A stretch of 64,000 bases of DNA. It comes from Raillietiella orientalis (taxonomy: Eukaryota). This document shows positions 11,680 through 24,226 of the stretch, one piece after another. Position 1 is the stretch's first letter, and every line of letters starts with the position of its first letter. The DNA is taken from assembly GCA_036172245.1 (NCBI GenBank), contig JAYWIR010000044.1, positions 1,550,001-1,614,000 of the forward strand. Direction: 5' to 3'. The position numbers were made by a program, and so were the translations under genes. The notes below the pieces were generated by a model. It ran no database searches, was not told the DNA's origin, and saw only the letters and a program-made list of their open reading frames with translations.

Positions 11680-14600
11680 TCAGGAGGGAATTCCAGCTGG
11701 ATGGTCCCGGACGTTGTCCTGGATCCTCTTTAGGATGAATCGGTACGTCCAGGCGTGGATCTTCCCGCAGTTCCTGATGCCGATTTCCCTCTTCAAGAGC
11801 CCTTGTAGGATCTCCATCGGTGGTGCGGCTCTCCTGGCTTTCCTCATTTTCCACCACCACACAAGTATGGCGGTGATGAAGAGGGCGATGGTCGTCCTCA
11901 CCATGAGATTGTAACAGGGAACATTACCATCCCCATGAAACATCCCGGCGAGGATCTCCATAACGGACTTGTTGTAAAGCCCTATGATCCTTTTCAGGAT
12001 CAGCCAGTCATGCAGCAGTGTGGGACACGTCAAGACGTGAAGTCTCGTGTCGTCGTCTCCACATGCTGCGCAGTCTCGATCTTCTTGTCTTCCTGTGAAG
12101 TGCTGCAATCGGGAACCACTCTGGATTCCTCCGTGATAAAAGATCAGGAGGTCATCCTGGGTGCCCGGCGGAAGGTCACTCCTCCAGAGCGTCGTGCCGA
12201 TCGCTAACAGGTTGAACCGTTCATTCCCGTAGCGTTCGGTGGCTTCCTAGAGGGCACTGGTGTCACGGTCGTTTTCTTTGATAAGCCTTCGGAGGTTTGT
12301 TCTGGTTACCCTCGACCATGCGAAGTCGTTGTGGTTGAACCACACTTCGCGGGTCCTGTGGGTAAACCTTCCTAAGATCATCTCTGTATACCGAAGTATA
12401 CGAGTTTGATGTAGGTAACCTCCTCGCCTCCACTCCTGAATTTGCAGTAGGGTAACTCTGGGCAGCTGGTAGATCCAGCTTCTCGTGTCCGGCGGGACAG
12501 GAAGCATCCAAGGGATCACCAGGATGGACTCGTCCTGCCAGAGTTCCCTGCTTCGCGGCACGATGTTGATTTGGTGCTTTCGCACCAGTCGTTGCTTCCT
12601 CCTCCACGTCGGTTCGATTGTTATCCATTTCCCTACTTTGCCTAGCAGCGCAGTCATCAGGCCTTTCGAGTTGTTAAGCAACAACGCGTAGGCCCTGTGC
12701 GCCGCATGCGGCCAGTCATCCCAGTGAGTGGCAATGTCCAGGATGTTTCGCGTATCCATGATTTCCATGGAATGTGCAAGCGACTTCATCCCAGAACAGC
12801 TTTCTTCCCTGGGACGACACAGGGGTTTCAGTCTTACTCTTGGGCGATAGTGGCCCCAGAGTGTTTTTCTTTGAAGCTTGTCGAACTCCATAGTAGTGTC
12901 CTTGTTCATCCTCGCGAATTCCGCCCCGAAGAGCACTTTCGGAAGGAGTACTCCGTTCCATATGTTGGCCTTTCGCTTCATCTTAAGGTCCGTTCGGGTG
13001 TACTTGGCTGCTTTTTTGGCCGTTTTCCCCAGGATTTCCTCTCACAGCAGCATCGACGCAGAGTCGTCGCCGATGTAGACACCCAGGTACTTGTCCGTGT
13101 CCACCGTACGGAATCCACTACCCGTTAGAGTGGAGAGGTTAAGGATTCCGACGGGCAAAAGCTGGCTCTTCTGGGAATTGATTTTTAAGCCCAAGCCCTG
13201 TTCCATCAGGTCCACCACATCCAGAAACGCACGCTGATTTTTTTCTTCCTTGATGAAGAAGAGTAGATTATCGACGTATGCCAGATGGGTAAGACGCTGG
13301 CCATCGATGGTAATCCCGCTCAGTCGTCCGCTCTTCTCGATAAAGGACGACAACGCTTTTATATAGATGACGAACAGCATCGGACTTTGCGAGTCGCCCT
13401 GTCGGACTCCTCGTTCCATCTTGATTGCTGCCGTCTCCTGGCCGTTGATCTTGATCCGGCAGTACGGGTTCTGGAGTACCGCCCTCACGAAGTTGCTGAA
13501 GTGTTCCGGAAGCCCTAGCTTCTCCAGAACCTTCAGCAGCATCCCGTGGTCGATGGAGTCGAAAGCCTTCTCCATGTCAGTGAACACCAGCACCAGGTTC
13601 TCGCCGACGTATCGAGTGAGTCCAACAGTGGCCTGGGCACACTTGACATTGTCCGACATGTGTCGTCCTGGGACTGCACATGTCTGAACCGGAGAGATCA
13701 GCCTCGACATGACCTTGCCTAAGCGGTTGGACCAGATCTTCGCCAACCACTTGGCATCGGAATTTAACATCGAGATTGGCCTCCATTGGGCGATCTGGGT
13801 AGAGTCGCCTCCTTTCGGCAGCACTCTCATCCGTCTCACGTAGAAGGACTGAGATAGTCTGCCTTCTTCCCGGATGCAGAGGGTCAACTGGTGGAAGAAG
13901 CGCAGGTAGGCGTGAAGGTACCGCTAATAGTGCATGATGGGTACACTGTCAGGGCCCGCTGCCACGTCTTTGCGAAGTTGCCCAAACGCAGTCTTCACCT
14001 CTTCTTCGGAGAATTCCTCCTCCAGTCTGTTCCGCTGGAGATCGTCGGTCCTCTTCTCGAGGTAGCTCAGAAAGGCCTGTTGACTGGAGCGACACAGATG
14101 TTGTCGCCTGAAGTGTTTCGTGTAATGCCTGTGAAAGGCATCCACGATGTCCTCAGACGACTGTCGCTTTTGACCGTCGTACTGGATGCAGAAGATATCT
14201 GTTGCCAGATTTCTCTTCTCCAGCACGTCGACTTCCCCTTTGATGTTCTTGAAGACGTACCGACTCTTGTACTGATCGAAGTACTTTAAGAGTGAGCGAT
14301 CTTGGATGTTCTGCTCCAGGTACGCCTCCTGCCTCAAGCGGCTATCCCCGAACTGCATGTTTGCAAACAGGTGTATCCTGTGTTTCAGGCTGTCCCAGTC
14401 GGCGACTCTTCGGATTGTTGTTGCCTTCAGAATCGTCTCCAGGACAGCCTGATGTCCAGGATGGGTTTCTAACCAGGCGAGCATGCTGATGAGCGCCGCC
14501 CTGGTGCCTTGCCTCCGCCGAGGATTCCCCGTTCTTAGGGAAAACTGCACCAGGGGGTGATCGGACAGCGTAGTCATAGTGTCGCGAAACCTCTGGATGC

Positions 14601-15198
14601 GGTTCCCAAGTTCGGTGCTGTGCTGTACGTGATCGATCGGCTTGTGGCTTGCTGTTCGCCAGACCAGTCCGAACTCGTCGGATAGCCGTTGATACGCCGT
14701 CCTTTCTCTGGCGTCTTCGGAGTGAGTGATCTCATCCAATATGTTGAGATCGCCAGCAACAATCACGACGTCCTTGAAAGCAACCTTTTCACGAAGTGCT
14801 GCATGCAGCGCCTCCGCACAACGATGTTTTAGCCTGTGCGGCCCGTACACGTTCACCAGGATGAGGTGAACAGTAGCGGACCAGGCCAGTCGCACACCGA
14901 TGGTTCGTCCGGGTTGGGGACAGAACACTTCCAGAATAGTGGGGGCTAAGTGGTTCTTTATTAGCACCGCTACACCCTTGGTGTTCCGTTCTCCTTCGCT
15001 GACGAACATCTGCCCGTTGAATCGCCATTCCATTCGCTGGCTGATCTCGAGACCCATCCTGTGGGTCTCCTGCAGGCACACGATGTCTTGTTGTGCGATG
15101 GTCCGTACAATCCTTCTTCTTTTTCCCTGGTCGATTACACCGTTTACGTTTTAGGAGGCGATATTCAGCCTCCTGGCGTTCGATAGGGAAGAGGTCAT
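11680..15198 (-). pseudogene. E3 ORF2 (EN-RT-zinc finger), disrupted
   Basis: ATG at 15198 gives MTSSLSNARRLNIAS*NVNG, then LQETH, GDLN, IDH, SDH, WRPISML, KAFD, RQGD, YVDN (instead of YADD), KYLG and CAACGDDDTRLHVLTC. Confidence 0.88.
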
Positions 15199-15199
15199 A

Positions 15200-17069
15200 A
15201 AAGGGGAAGACCTGTTTCTTGGCCTTCCTGAGCTTCTTCTGTCTGGGAGAGCCTGCTCTTCCAGACGTCGAAGAAGCAGCGGGCTTCTTGCTGCCGGCGT
15301 TACTCTCCGTACCTGTGAGGTCGGTAATTTCCGCCTCCTCCGTAGAGTGTTTCGCCCGCGCGATCAATTTTCGAGATAGCGCCTCTATCGCTACCTTCGC
15401 GCAGAAGTTCGCCTTCACGTCGAGAAGCTGTTCCTCCAGTTTCTCGCGCTTGGTAACTTCCACCGCCTAGTTCACCGTCTCCTAAGCGTCTCCGATCTGC
15501 TGCAGGATTTGCTTCTGCTGGGGCCTCTTTGCACCTCCATCACTTCTTTCGCAGTTCTGCCAGCTCCTCGATGGACTGCAGGGCCTCCTGCAACAGCGGA
15601 GTGGCTTCTTTTTCCACTTTTGCTTCTTCCTATGCTGTCTCCACTTTCTCACCTTCCGCTGCTCTTTCTGGATTAAGAGAGGCTTCCTGCTCTTCGATGA
15701 GCATCTTACTCTCTCCCTTTTTACCGACTTCGATGAATGCGTCCGCCAATATCGGCACCGCTTCCTTAGTCTTTTTCGGCCTTCCTGCCAACTTTTGAGG
15801 TTCTTCCGCCTCTTTTATGTTCCTCTCTCTCACGGGAGAGTGTCCTCTTATCCTTCTGCAATTGGCGAATTCAGGTGAGCTCCATTTAGCGTGCCCATGC
15901 GTCTTGCAGAAGGAACAAACCTCCAGCTGCGGGCAGTTCCGGACTTGGTGTCCTATCTTGCCGCAGCGGTTGCATCGAGATGTTGGGCAAGCGCCGGCCC
16001 TGTGGCCAAACTGCTTGCATCCGGTGCAAAATATCGGCTCTTGCCGGTAACGCACATTCACACAATGCGATGGCCCGTCAATTACTGCTATCGCAGGGAT
16101 CGCCACACCTTCCTTTAATTTTATTTTGGCGATCATGTCGCCAGAAAAGATTTTTACTGAGAAGTTCTCGAATTCGAGGTAGAGAACTTTCCCAAACTGC
16201 TCCAAGTATTTCCACACCGTTAGTTGTGGAGTGTAGATGGATATGCCATGTAAAAAGACGGTCGTGTATGGCATCTCGTTAACGCCACAAACCAGCCTTC
16301 CTTGAGTAATGATCCCCTTCTGGATCAATTTTCCCCTAATGTATTCACAGTCCGTGAAGACTGTGAACCCGTTGTTGCTCGGAATGATCGCCTGATTACG
16401 ATTAAAATCTATGTCTGTCATGTCCAGAGACAGATATACCTCCCGGATATTGTTGAAACTGATCAATCCAGTCTTAAAAATAATGGGCTTTAGCGCTGTC
16501 CCTAACTGGACGATAGGCCGATATACCTTTTCGACTTTCCCCCTTAGGAGCTTGCCGAATTTCCTTGGTGGATGAACACTGACCTGCTCCGCCGCCACCG
16601 ACGCGTACGAAAACGGCTGCACCGACGCAACCGAGCAAGATGGTTACGCATCTTAAGCTACCTGCACCGCGTGGAAGCCCGCGGGTCCCGCCTGGGGCGC
16701 CGCCGCGGGTGCAACCCTCGACGTTGCCGCCGTCGCCACCGCAGGCGCGACCTTTGCCGCCGCGGGCGCGATCCTCGGCGTCAACGCCGCGGGCACGACC
16801 TCCACCGTGGACGCAGCGGGCGCGAATCTTGGAATCGCCGCCGCAACCTCGTTGCTGTCATACGTTACCTCCATCTGCAAGGGGGACGTCGGCTTCTCCC
16901 CTCCTGCTGGTACCTGCATCCTGGCGGCTGGTTCTGCCGCTAAGGAAGTTTGCAGGTCTTCCGCCGTGATCTTTTCGGCGCTTTCTTTGTAGTTGTATGA
17001 GCAGATCCTACGCAGCACACTCTTGTCCACACTCACTTTCTTCTGGACACTTTCCCTCTCCGGCCACAC
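15200..17069 (-). pseudogene. E3 ORF1 with three zinc knuckles and an Ala-rich N-terminal repeat
   Basis: 15630..16622 has CTGCKQFGHRAGAC, CNRCGKIGHQVRNC and CSFCKTHGHAKWSS. APAAA-type repeats lie in 16653..17069. Internal stops are present. Confidence 0.82.
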
Positions 17070-17806
17070 ACGATCACAATCAACTAATTAACCGTCGTAG
17101 TGCGCGCAATACAATGAACCTCGAAGCCAGGTCACTGACTCGGCATAGAAAGAGCAATCCTTTGACTGCCACGAAGGTGACTCCGATGCCTCCTTTGTAA
17201 GACGTGGCGAAAGCGACGCCCCTAGAGGAGGTAGCGAAAACTCCGGAGGTTTCCGAGACGAAAGTCGCGAAAGCGTCCGGAAACCGTGAAGGCTCATGGA
17301 AAATTGTAAAGAGAAAAAAAGAAAAATCTTCCAAGAAGGCTTCGCAACCTCCATCCGTTAGCTCTTTGAAGGCAAAGAACAGCCGCGTGAACTACAAAAA
17401 CCCGCGCGGAAGGTTCGTTTGCCCTGGAAAACGCCAGCGCCGTCAACGCGTGCAAGTCCGCCTCTGTGACCGCCGAGAAGACGATTCCGGTGCAAACGGA
17501 CGGATGCAAGCGCACGTAGAACGTGCGAGCATCAGACTCCACAAAGGAGTCCAAGAGCACCGCTAAACGACGCCTTACTCGCGCGGGAGCGAGCGCCCGC
17601 AGGGCTGAAGCCCTGAGGCGTGACACACTCGCCGCGGAACGGCAAGTTCTCACCCCGGAACCCACAGGTTCTGCACCCGGGAAGGAGCACTCGATTACGC
17701 GCAGCAATATGGAGGCTGGTGGCGATTGTGCCCTCCAGCCCGTCCTGCTGCTTACTGTCCGCTCGCCGGGTGAGGCGAGAACCACAGCCTCGCTTTCCCA
17801 GCCGTG

Positions 17807-20800
17807 ATGAGGGCGATCGCCTCTTTTCGTCGTGTTGCCGTTGCGCTCTGGAACGTCGACGGTCTCCAGCACTACGAGAAAAGGCGAATTGTGACTTACG
17901 CTCTGCGCGCCTTTGACTTGACGCTCCTTCAGGAGATTCACAGCATCTTCGAAGAGCAGGCTGCCGAAATCGAACATCGCGCAGGCGGAAGGCAACATTA
18001 TAGGTGCGTTGTCGCACGTACGTGCGGCGTGGCTTTCCTCGTACGAGGAACGTTTGCGGGAGCGTTGTGCGGCGTTCGCTTCGACACGGAAGGCCGAGTG
18101 GGACAGCTTGTACTCAAGTGGTCCGACTGGATCGGCCTTGTCGTAACGAACGTGTAGTCGCCGAGCGGTGCTGGACGATGTGCCGAAAGGATTAAGTTCT
18201 TCGGTACCGTTCAGAGCCAGTGGCTCACTCGTTCTCACCTTACTGTGGCGCATCTCATCGTGGGGGACTTTAACGTCCACCTGCTGACCGAGGATAGCGT
18301 ACACAAAAGGGAAAAGTTGCTAGCGGAAGAGATGTGCGAGTCCGTGCACGCGTGCAACTTGTACGCTAGCGACCCTGTTATGGCAGCAACGCCGAACCAC
18401 GTATACCTTGATGAACAGTTGCTCTCTCGAGTGGATCGAAGAGGTCCCGTGACGTCCGTGCTTTCAGACTACAACAAGCTCGAGTTCGAGTTGCTTCCGC
18501 CAGGCAAGGGGCCTCCAAACTGTTTTTGGAGGATGCAGGCAGACTGGCTAAGCCACCCGGAGGCGGCTGAGCATCTTCGCCAGTACCTCCTCGACTTCGC
18601 CATAAGTCAGCACGCCGACTTGGACGATCTGAAAAGATCGGTCCGTGAGTTTTGCTGCCGGTTTCCCTTCTACCAGCTTTCGCGCGCCTGCGGAGAGGGT
18701 GTAGCCAACTGCTGAGACCTTCTGTAGGCCTGCTCCCACTCCAGGCGCGCAAACGTTGGTCGATTATCCGTGTACAAGGCCAAGGCTGAGCGCCAGGTCT
18801 GGCAGTCAGGGGCGACAGTTTTGCTCGACGACCAGAACCGGGAATGCTCGGCTCCAGCCAACTTGCGACGAATAGTCAGACGCTATTACTATTCCCTGTA
18901 TGCGAAGGCACCGACGGAACGCATTCTCTTTAAGCTGCTTGTGCCGATTCATGCACCTGTTGTAGACGAAGAGGAAAGCGCTCGTCTCCATGAGCCCTTC
19001 GCGGCAGAGGAAATTTATTCGGCCATCTCGAGACTCAAGAGACCGTAAGCGCCAGGCGAGGATGGACTCCCCGCGGAATTCTTCCAGTGATTTGCGGAGG
19101 AGCTCATCCCCCTGATGCTTCAACTCTAGTCGCTGATGCGAGACGCGGGCAATGTCCCCGCCTCGTTTCGCTCAGCGAAGGAGCGTCTCCTGCCGGGAAT
19201 TGGAGATTTGCGCCACTGAACAATTAACGTTTGATCACATTAGTGAATTCCGACGTCCAGTTGTTCTCGAAACTTTAAGTGGCGCGGATGGGGAGGATCG
19301 CTCATTCTTTGGTAAGTTCGAAGCAGACTAACGCTGTTCCTAGGCGGTCCATGGACGCGAACCTCTTGTTCATCCGCACATGGCTGCAATTGCAGCATCG
19401 TTTGGCAATGGATAGTCGTGCGAAAGCGACTCCTTCGATTTCTCATCGACGGAAGCGCAGATAGCAATGTGAATCCTTAAGAGTCTTGGCGGTTGCAGTC
19501 GAATTGCACAAAGCTTTCGATTGCGTGAACCAAAAGCTTCTTCTTGTGCTTTTGGAACATCTGTATCTCCCGGCATCCCTGTTGACGTACTTGCGCTCCT
19601 GCTTGTGATGCTTGATTCCATCTATTGTTTTCAGTGGCTATCGCGTGTATGGCGTGCCAATTAGGCGAGGAATTAGGCAGGGCGATAGCTTAAGCCCGCT
19701 GCTGTTTAGCATCTATTTAGAAATGGTGCTGGAGGTTTACAGGCTGACGCTAGATAACCTGCCGAGCTCCTGTCCAGGTACGCCGGCCGTGGCAGCCTAT
19801 GCCGACGACCTGCTTCTCCTGTTGCCCATGTCCACCCCGGTGGCGTCGCTCGAAGATTTCTTTGAGTTGATCCGTCGCGGTGCAGGCGTGAGCGTCAACA
19901 GGAGCAAGAGCATGGTTGTTCCGGTTGGAGCGACGTGGGAGGGGCAGTCCTACTGGATCCGCCAGGGGATCCCAGCGAGCAGGTACCTAAGGTACCTTGG
20001 CGTGCCGTTGGGCGACTTCTGCGTCTCAGAAGCGTGGTCGGACTGCCTTCGGAAGGCAGAGCGTGCACTTGTCGCGTTCTCAGGAGGCGAGTTCGTCTTC
20101 CCGGAACGGGCCAGCATCTGGAACACCTTTGTTGCCCCCCTCCTTCGCCCCCTGTATTTTGTCTGTTCACCCCCCAGGAAGTCAAAGTCTGGGCGCAGCG
20201 CCTTCTACGCAAAGCGTTGTGGGGAGCTGCAAGAACCCGTGTTAGACTTAAAGACTTGGTGGCGCCGCGTCAGGATGCAGGCTTGGGCATCCTGGACTTA
20301 AAAAGCATCGAGTTGCAGGTGCAGTTTCGAATGCTGCGGCTCTGTGCTAAGCTGTGGTGTACGCCGTGGTGCTTACTTGCACGACTTATACTAAGGCGCT
20401 GCACGGGAAGCGAGGGACTGCTTTCGTTGCTGCTCCACTTTCGGCACACCAGAATAGGGTTTGGCTTCCCGCTGAGCCAGCTGTCCTCACTGCTGGAAGC
20501 CCAATGTTGGATCTCCGGCCGCCCTATGAACATTAATGCATGGCGGCAGGAATCTTTTTTATCGTAAGCAGCTTCCGAAGGAACGCGCCCGGAAGAACTT
20601 CGGCGCCTGCGGCTTCTCCTCAGTCATCCAATATACGGAGTCATGCAGGAGAAGAAGATGTCGGATCGTCTGGCCGCAACACCGTTCGTCGCAGCGCTGT
20701 CTGCCCTCAGGGCAAGCAACGACAGTTGCCTAACGGCGAAATGGGACTTCTCCTGCTGAATAGCGGGAGTCAGTAAGCTCCTCGGCTTCTGGACGACCAA

Positions 20801-21377
20801 GGAGCTGGTGGAAACAGCGACTCCTCGTAATCGGCGAAGGGCCTGCTTCGGTCGAGTGAACATTTAAGTGTAGGCCCCGATGAGACTGTGGTTTACTCCG
20901 TTTGTTTGAACAGCTCCGTGTTTCCCTGAAAGTGGAAACAAGATGTGTTCCTCTTTTTCACTGTAGCGATCACTGTAATCGGCTGCAAAGCATCGTTTAG
21001 GGGAAGCTGCTCTGCCAAACTGTTTGAGGTGTGGAGAGATTGAGTCTCTTCCGCACCTCTTGCTGGAGTGTTGTGACCTCCGTGAACTGTGGCAAAGTCT
21101 GATTTCAGCGATCCTGCCGCAGGGAGGCACTGTCATTGATGTGCGGCGGCGCTTCTTCAGGAGGAATGGATGCTTGGTAGGCGCGATTGTCGCAACCATG
21201 TGTTGCATTCGCGCCATCGTGAAGGTGCGCTACGCCCTGGAGTTGTCAGCGCAGCGAAGGGAGGTTCACCGGTTTGCGGCAGAATCTATGGAAAAGGCTG
21301 CTAGGTGGCCTCCTCTTTGTGTCGAGGTCAAAGAGGACATCGCCGGCATCCATCGCTGGTTTACAGACTTTGATTAA
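17807..21377 (+). pseudogene. E2 ORF2 (EN-RT-zinc finger), multiple stops and frameshifts
   Basis: WNVDGL, LQEIH, GDFN, RQGDSLSP, YADD, RYLG and CGEIESLPHLLLEC are spread over ORFs 17804, 18245, 18770, 19612, 19935 and 21024. Confidence 0.88.
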
Positions 21378-21720
21378 CGGCTTAATCCGGTGATCACTAC
21401 TTCCTGAAGCCCACCTGAACCTCGTTCCCGCTCGCTCTGCTAAAATTCCGGTGCCATTACTATTATCCCGGAGAGAACCAGAGCGATCCCAAAGACCCTT
21501 GTCACGGCGTCCCCCATTGATTTCTTTTTCTTTTTTTTTTGTTTGTTTGTGTTTCCTTTTCCCCCACACCGTTCTGTGTTATTCTGGCCTGCGTGTCATA
21601 AATATTTTCTTGATTCTCGTTCAGTCGTCGGTTGGGAGCCTGATTCCTAGCTGGTTTATATTAAACTATTGTTTTTGTTTATATTATATGGAATAAACGC
21701 CCCGGCGTGACCGGGTGAGA

Positions 21721-23957
21721 AATCTCCTGGGCGTTCTTCGCAGTGATCACTTGGATCTCCTGCAGTAGGTCAGCTTGAAGTCACTCAGGATGGCGGCCGA
21801 GTCGCGTCTGTTTCCGTGGTCGCGCAGCCCGTTCACGTTCCAACAGGCCACGCCGACAGTCGAGCCAAGGTGTTGTTCCTGGGAAAGTGACAGTGTGGCG
21901 CCGGCCACCTGTTTGGTTGGGATGGATGGAGGAACGGGGGCACCGTGTACTGGTTCTCTTTCCTCCATGGGAGCCGATACCTCGGCACATCGCAACGGTG
22001 GAAGGGGGCGGGTTTCACACACCTGCTCCCCCTCTTCCATGGCTGCCGATTGGTCGGCTGGATCGGTCGACGGGGGGGCTGGTCATCATCAACCCTCTCC
22101 CCTAAAACTGTTGCTGTTATCATTTCCGCAGGGTCCATCGGTGGGAGGGGACGGCAATCACCTTATCGCCCTCCTCCATGGGGATGCTCAGCAGCTCGGT
22201 AGCGGGGGGGGAAAATCCCTTCCTCCGTTCACACGCTGCTGGCTTCCCCCTCAGCTGCCGGTGCGTCTCCATCCTTCTTTGTCGGGATGCGCCTCTTCGG
22301 ATTCTTGGACTTCCGTCCAGTCTTCTTCGGAGGCGCCTCCGCGGAGGAGGACGCACTTCCGGCATCCGGTTCATGGTCACCTGTCGGAGTTGCCTTGCTC
22401 GCGGCTGGCCTCCGCCATGCCTTTTGCGCGCCGTTCTCACAGTCCGCGAGTTCGGCCGCGAGCTCTTCCGCCGCCTTTTGGAAGGTGGCGTTCTTTATTG
22501 CTGCGAGCGCGTCGCTCGGCTCCCACTCTGTTTGCACACAGGGTTCGCCTTTCGTGTTCGCGGCTTCGGTGGCAACGAGGCTGGGGATATCTCCCCCGTC
22601 GGCGGTCTCGGGGACCTCCAAGCGCTCCAAAGCGATCGAACATTCGCGGAGCAAAGCGCGGCGCTGCCTCCTATTTAAAGTAGTTGTCGCGAATTCCGCT
22701 GTCGGTCCGTCGGTTTTTCGGCTTTTCTTACTCTTCGGCTTCGCTGTCCCCCAGCCCTCGTGGTCACTTGCGTCGTCGAAAGTTTGGTCGATCGCCGTTT
22801 GCTGGAAGCATTCGGACTCTGGCTTTTTGCTTGGCCATTTATTTCCTTCTGTTAGATGCATGTTTTCTCCAAGCGTTTCCTCTTACCTTTTTTCAAGGCA
22901 GAGGGCGCTGGAGGTTCCCGCATTGGGCACACTTTCCAGAGGTGGCCCTTCTCCCCGCATTGGAAGCACTGGATGTGAAGGCACCGTTTCTTTAGGTTCC
23001 CAGTCGCATCACAGTTTCCACAGTACTTGGGCTTGCCCACGTACCATACGTCGACCGTCTCGTTGTCGTCTTCTAATTTGTGGGGTGGCCCACCGTTTTC
23101 GTGTACGGTCACTCGCGCTGCAGCCTTGCCACTGAACAGTCCTCCATATGTTTGGAAGACGTTCGGCTTGGTCCACAGCGCGTGAACCGTACCATATTTC
23201 GTCAGCTTTTCCTTCACACCAGCTTTGCTCATACGGAGAGTTACACCGCTGAGATGCGCTACAACCGAGCGATCCTCTGTTACAGGAAAGACCTTTCAGC
23301 CTTTTACTGTGAAGGAGGTGTTCAGGAGGCGCTGAGCCAGGCTTGCATCTTTGCAAGTCAGCTCCACCTGCTGACCCCACTCATCACGGAAAGTCCTTCC
23401 AGGTCTTTCTCTTTCATATTCAACCGCTGTAACTCTCTCTCAAAGCCACAAGGGGTGTTCCTCACAAATACATTGCCTACCTTATGGATCAAGGATGGCT
23501 TATATCCTTGATTCCGGTAGGCACGTTGTTCTGCCATGGCTTCAGGGGATGGCGCTGCTGCCACGGCGCTCCACGTCTCGTTGATGGAGAAGACGCATTT
23601 ACGGGCGCGATTGCCCCCTTTTTCAAGGAGGGGGTTGCGCCTTTTTCCAGGGTGGCGTTTATCCCCTTTTTCAAGGATGCACATGCACCCTTTTCCAAGG
23701 GAGAGGTAGCCCTCGTTTCCGACGGAGCGGTTACCCCCTTTTTCAAGGAAGCGGTTGCCCTCGCCTTCGTGGGCGCGGTTGCGCCAGCCTCCGTTGGTTG
23801 GGGAGAGGAACAAGCCTCTCCCCCTCCGATCTCCATCGCGGTGTCCTCAGGCTTTTCTGCCACTGGACACCACCGCAGATGCTCCACACACAAACACTAA
23901 CAAAGAAAAACGTTTCACAACAAGCGCAGAAGAGCGCTGAAAAAGCACGAACGCGCG
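21721..23957 (-). mobile_element. 5' part of a LINE (E4): 5' motif, disrupted ORF1 and start of endonuclease
   Basis: 5' motif at 23932-23957. Zinc knuckles in 22852..23232, then CWNVNGL..LQ. It is cut where the E2 3' end abuts. Confidence 0.85.
23613..23763 (-). repeat. Degenerate ~24-bp coding tandem repeat in the E4 ORF1 N-terminus
   Basis: CCC(C)TTTTTCAAGGA-like units recur about every 24 bp and translate as A-x-x-SL(K/E)KG, about 6 units. Confidence 0.75.
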
Positions 23958-24226
23958 ACAAGTTCCTAGCAGTTCTATGGGCTTCGCGACTGGGGCAGGT
24001 AGCCGAATCCGTAATTTCTTCCGAGCGTACTTATGCTGCTTCAAGGCGAAGTATGGATACCAACCTATTTTTCACAAGCACGTGGGTGCACCTACAGAGA
24101 AAAGAGAAGTAAGGAAAAGAAAAAATCGGCAACCTTACATTGGGGCCGCCAGCGGTGCAGACAGGGACACCCGGGCGGAGAAGGCGGCCCTGGCGCTCGA
24201 AGTCGATCTCCATAAGGCGTTCGATT
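23958..24226 (+). pseudogene. RT fragment (KFLAVLWASRLG...DLHKAFD)
   Basis: ORFs 23798..24112 and 23977..24519. It ends at AFD, adjacent to the E5 3' end. Confidence 0.85.

Larger units (their letters stand above)
11545..17097 (-). mobile_element. Full-length LINE of a divergent family (E3)
   Basis: Proteins are only distantly similar to the other copies. It is flanked by TAG/TAG (11542-11544, 17098-17100), and host ORF1 rejoins as AIASARN. It has its own AATAAA and GC hairpin at 11549-11582. Confidence 0.88.
10053..21720 (+). mobile_element. Full-length degenerate LINE (E2), with ORF1 interrupted by E3
   Basis: 5' motif at 10064-10085. ORF1 starts at ATG 10138 (CSECGQEGHRITKC, CRYCHEHGHTKGTC) and resumes at 17098. 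TGATG junction at 17805-17809; ORF2 fragments run to 21377; terminal hairpin at 21692-21718. Confidence 0.88.

Noticed and set aside
13265..13285. YVDN, YAND and YAYD as novel RT active sites
   Set aside because: Each occurs once, in copies with many other lesions; most copies keep YADD.
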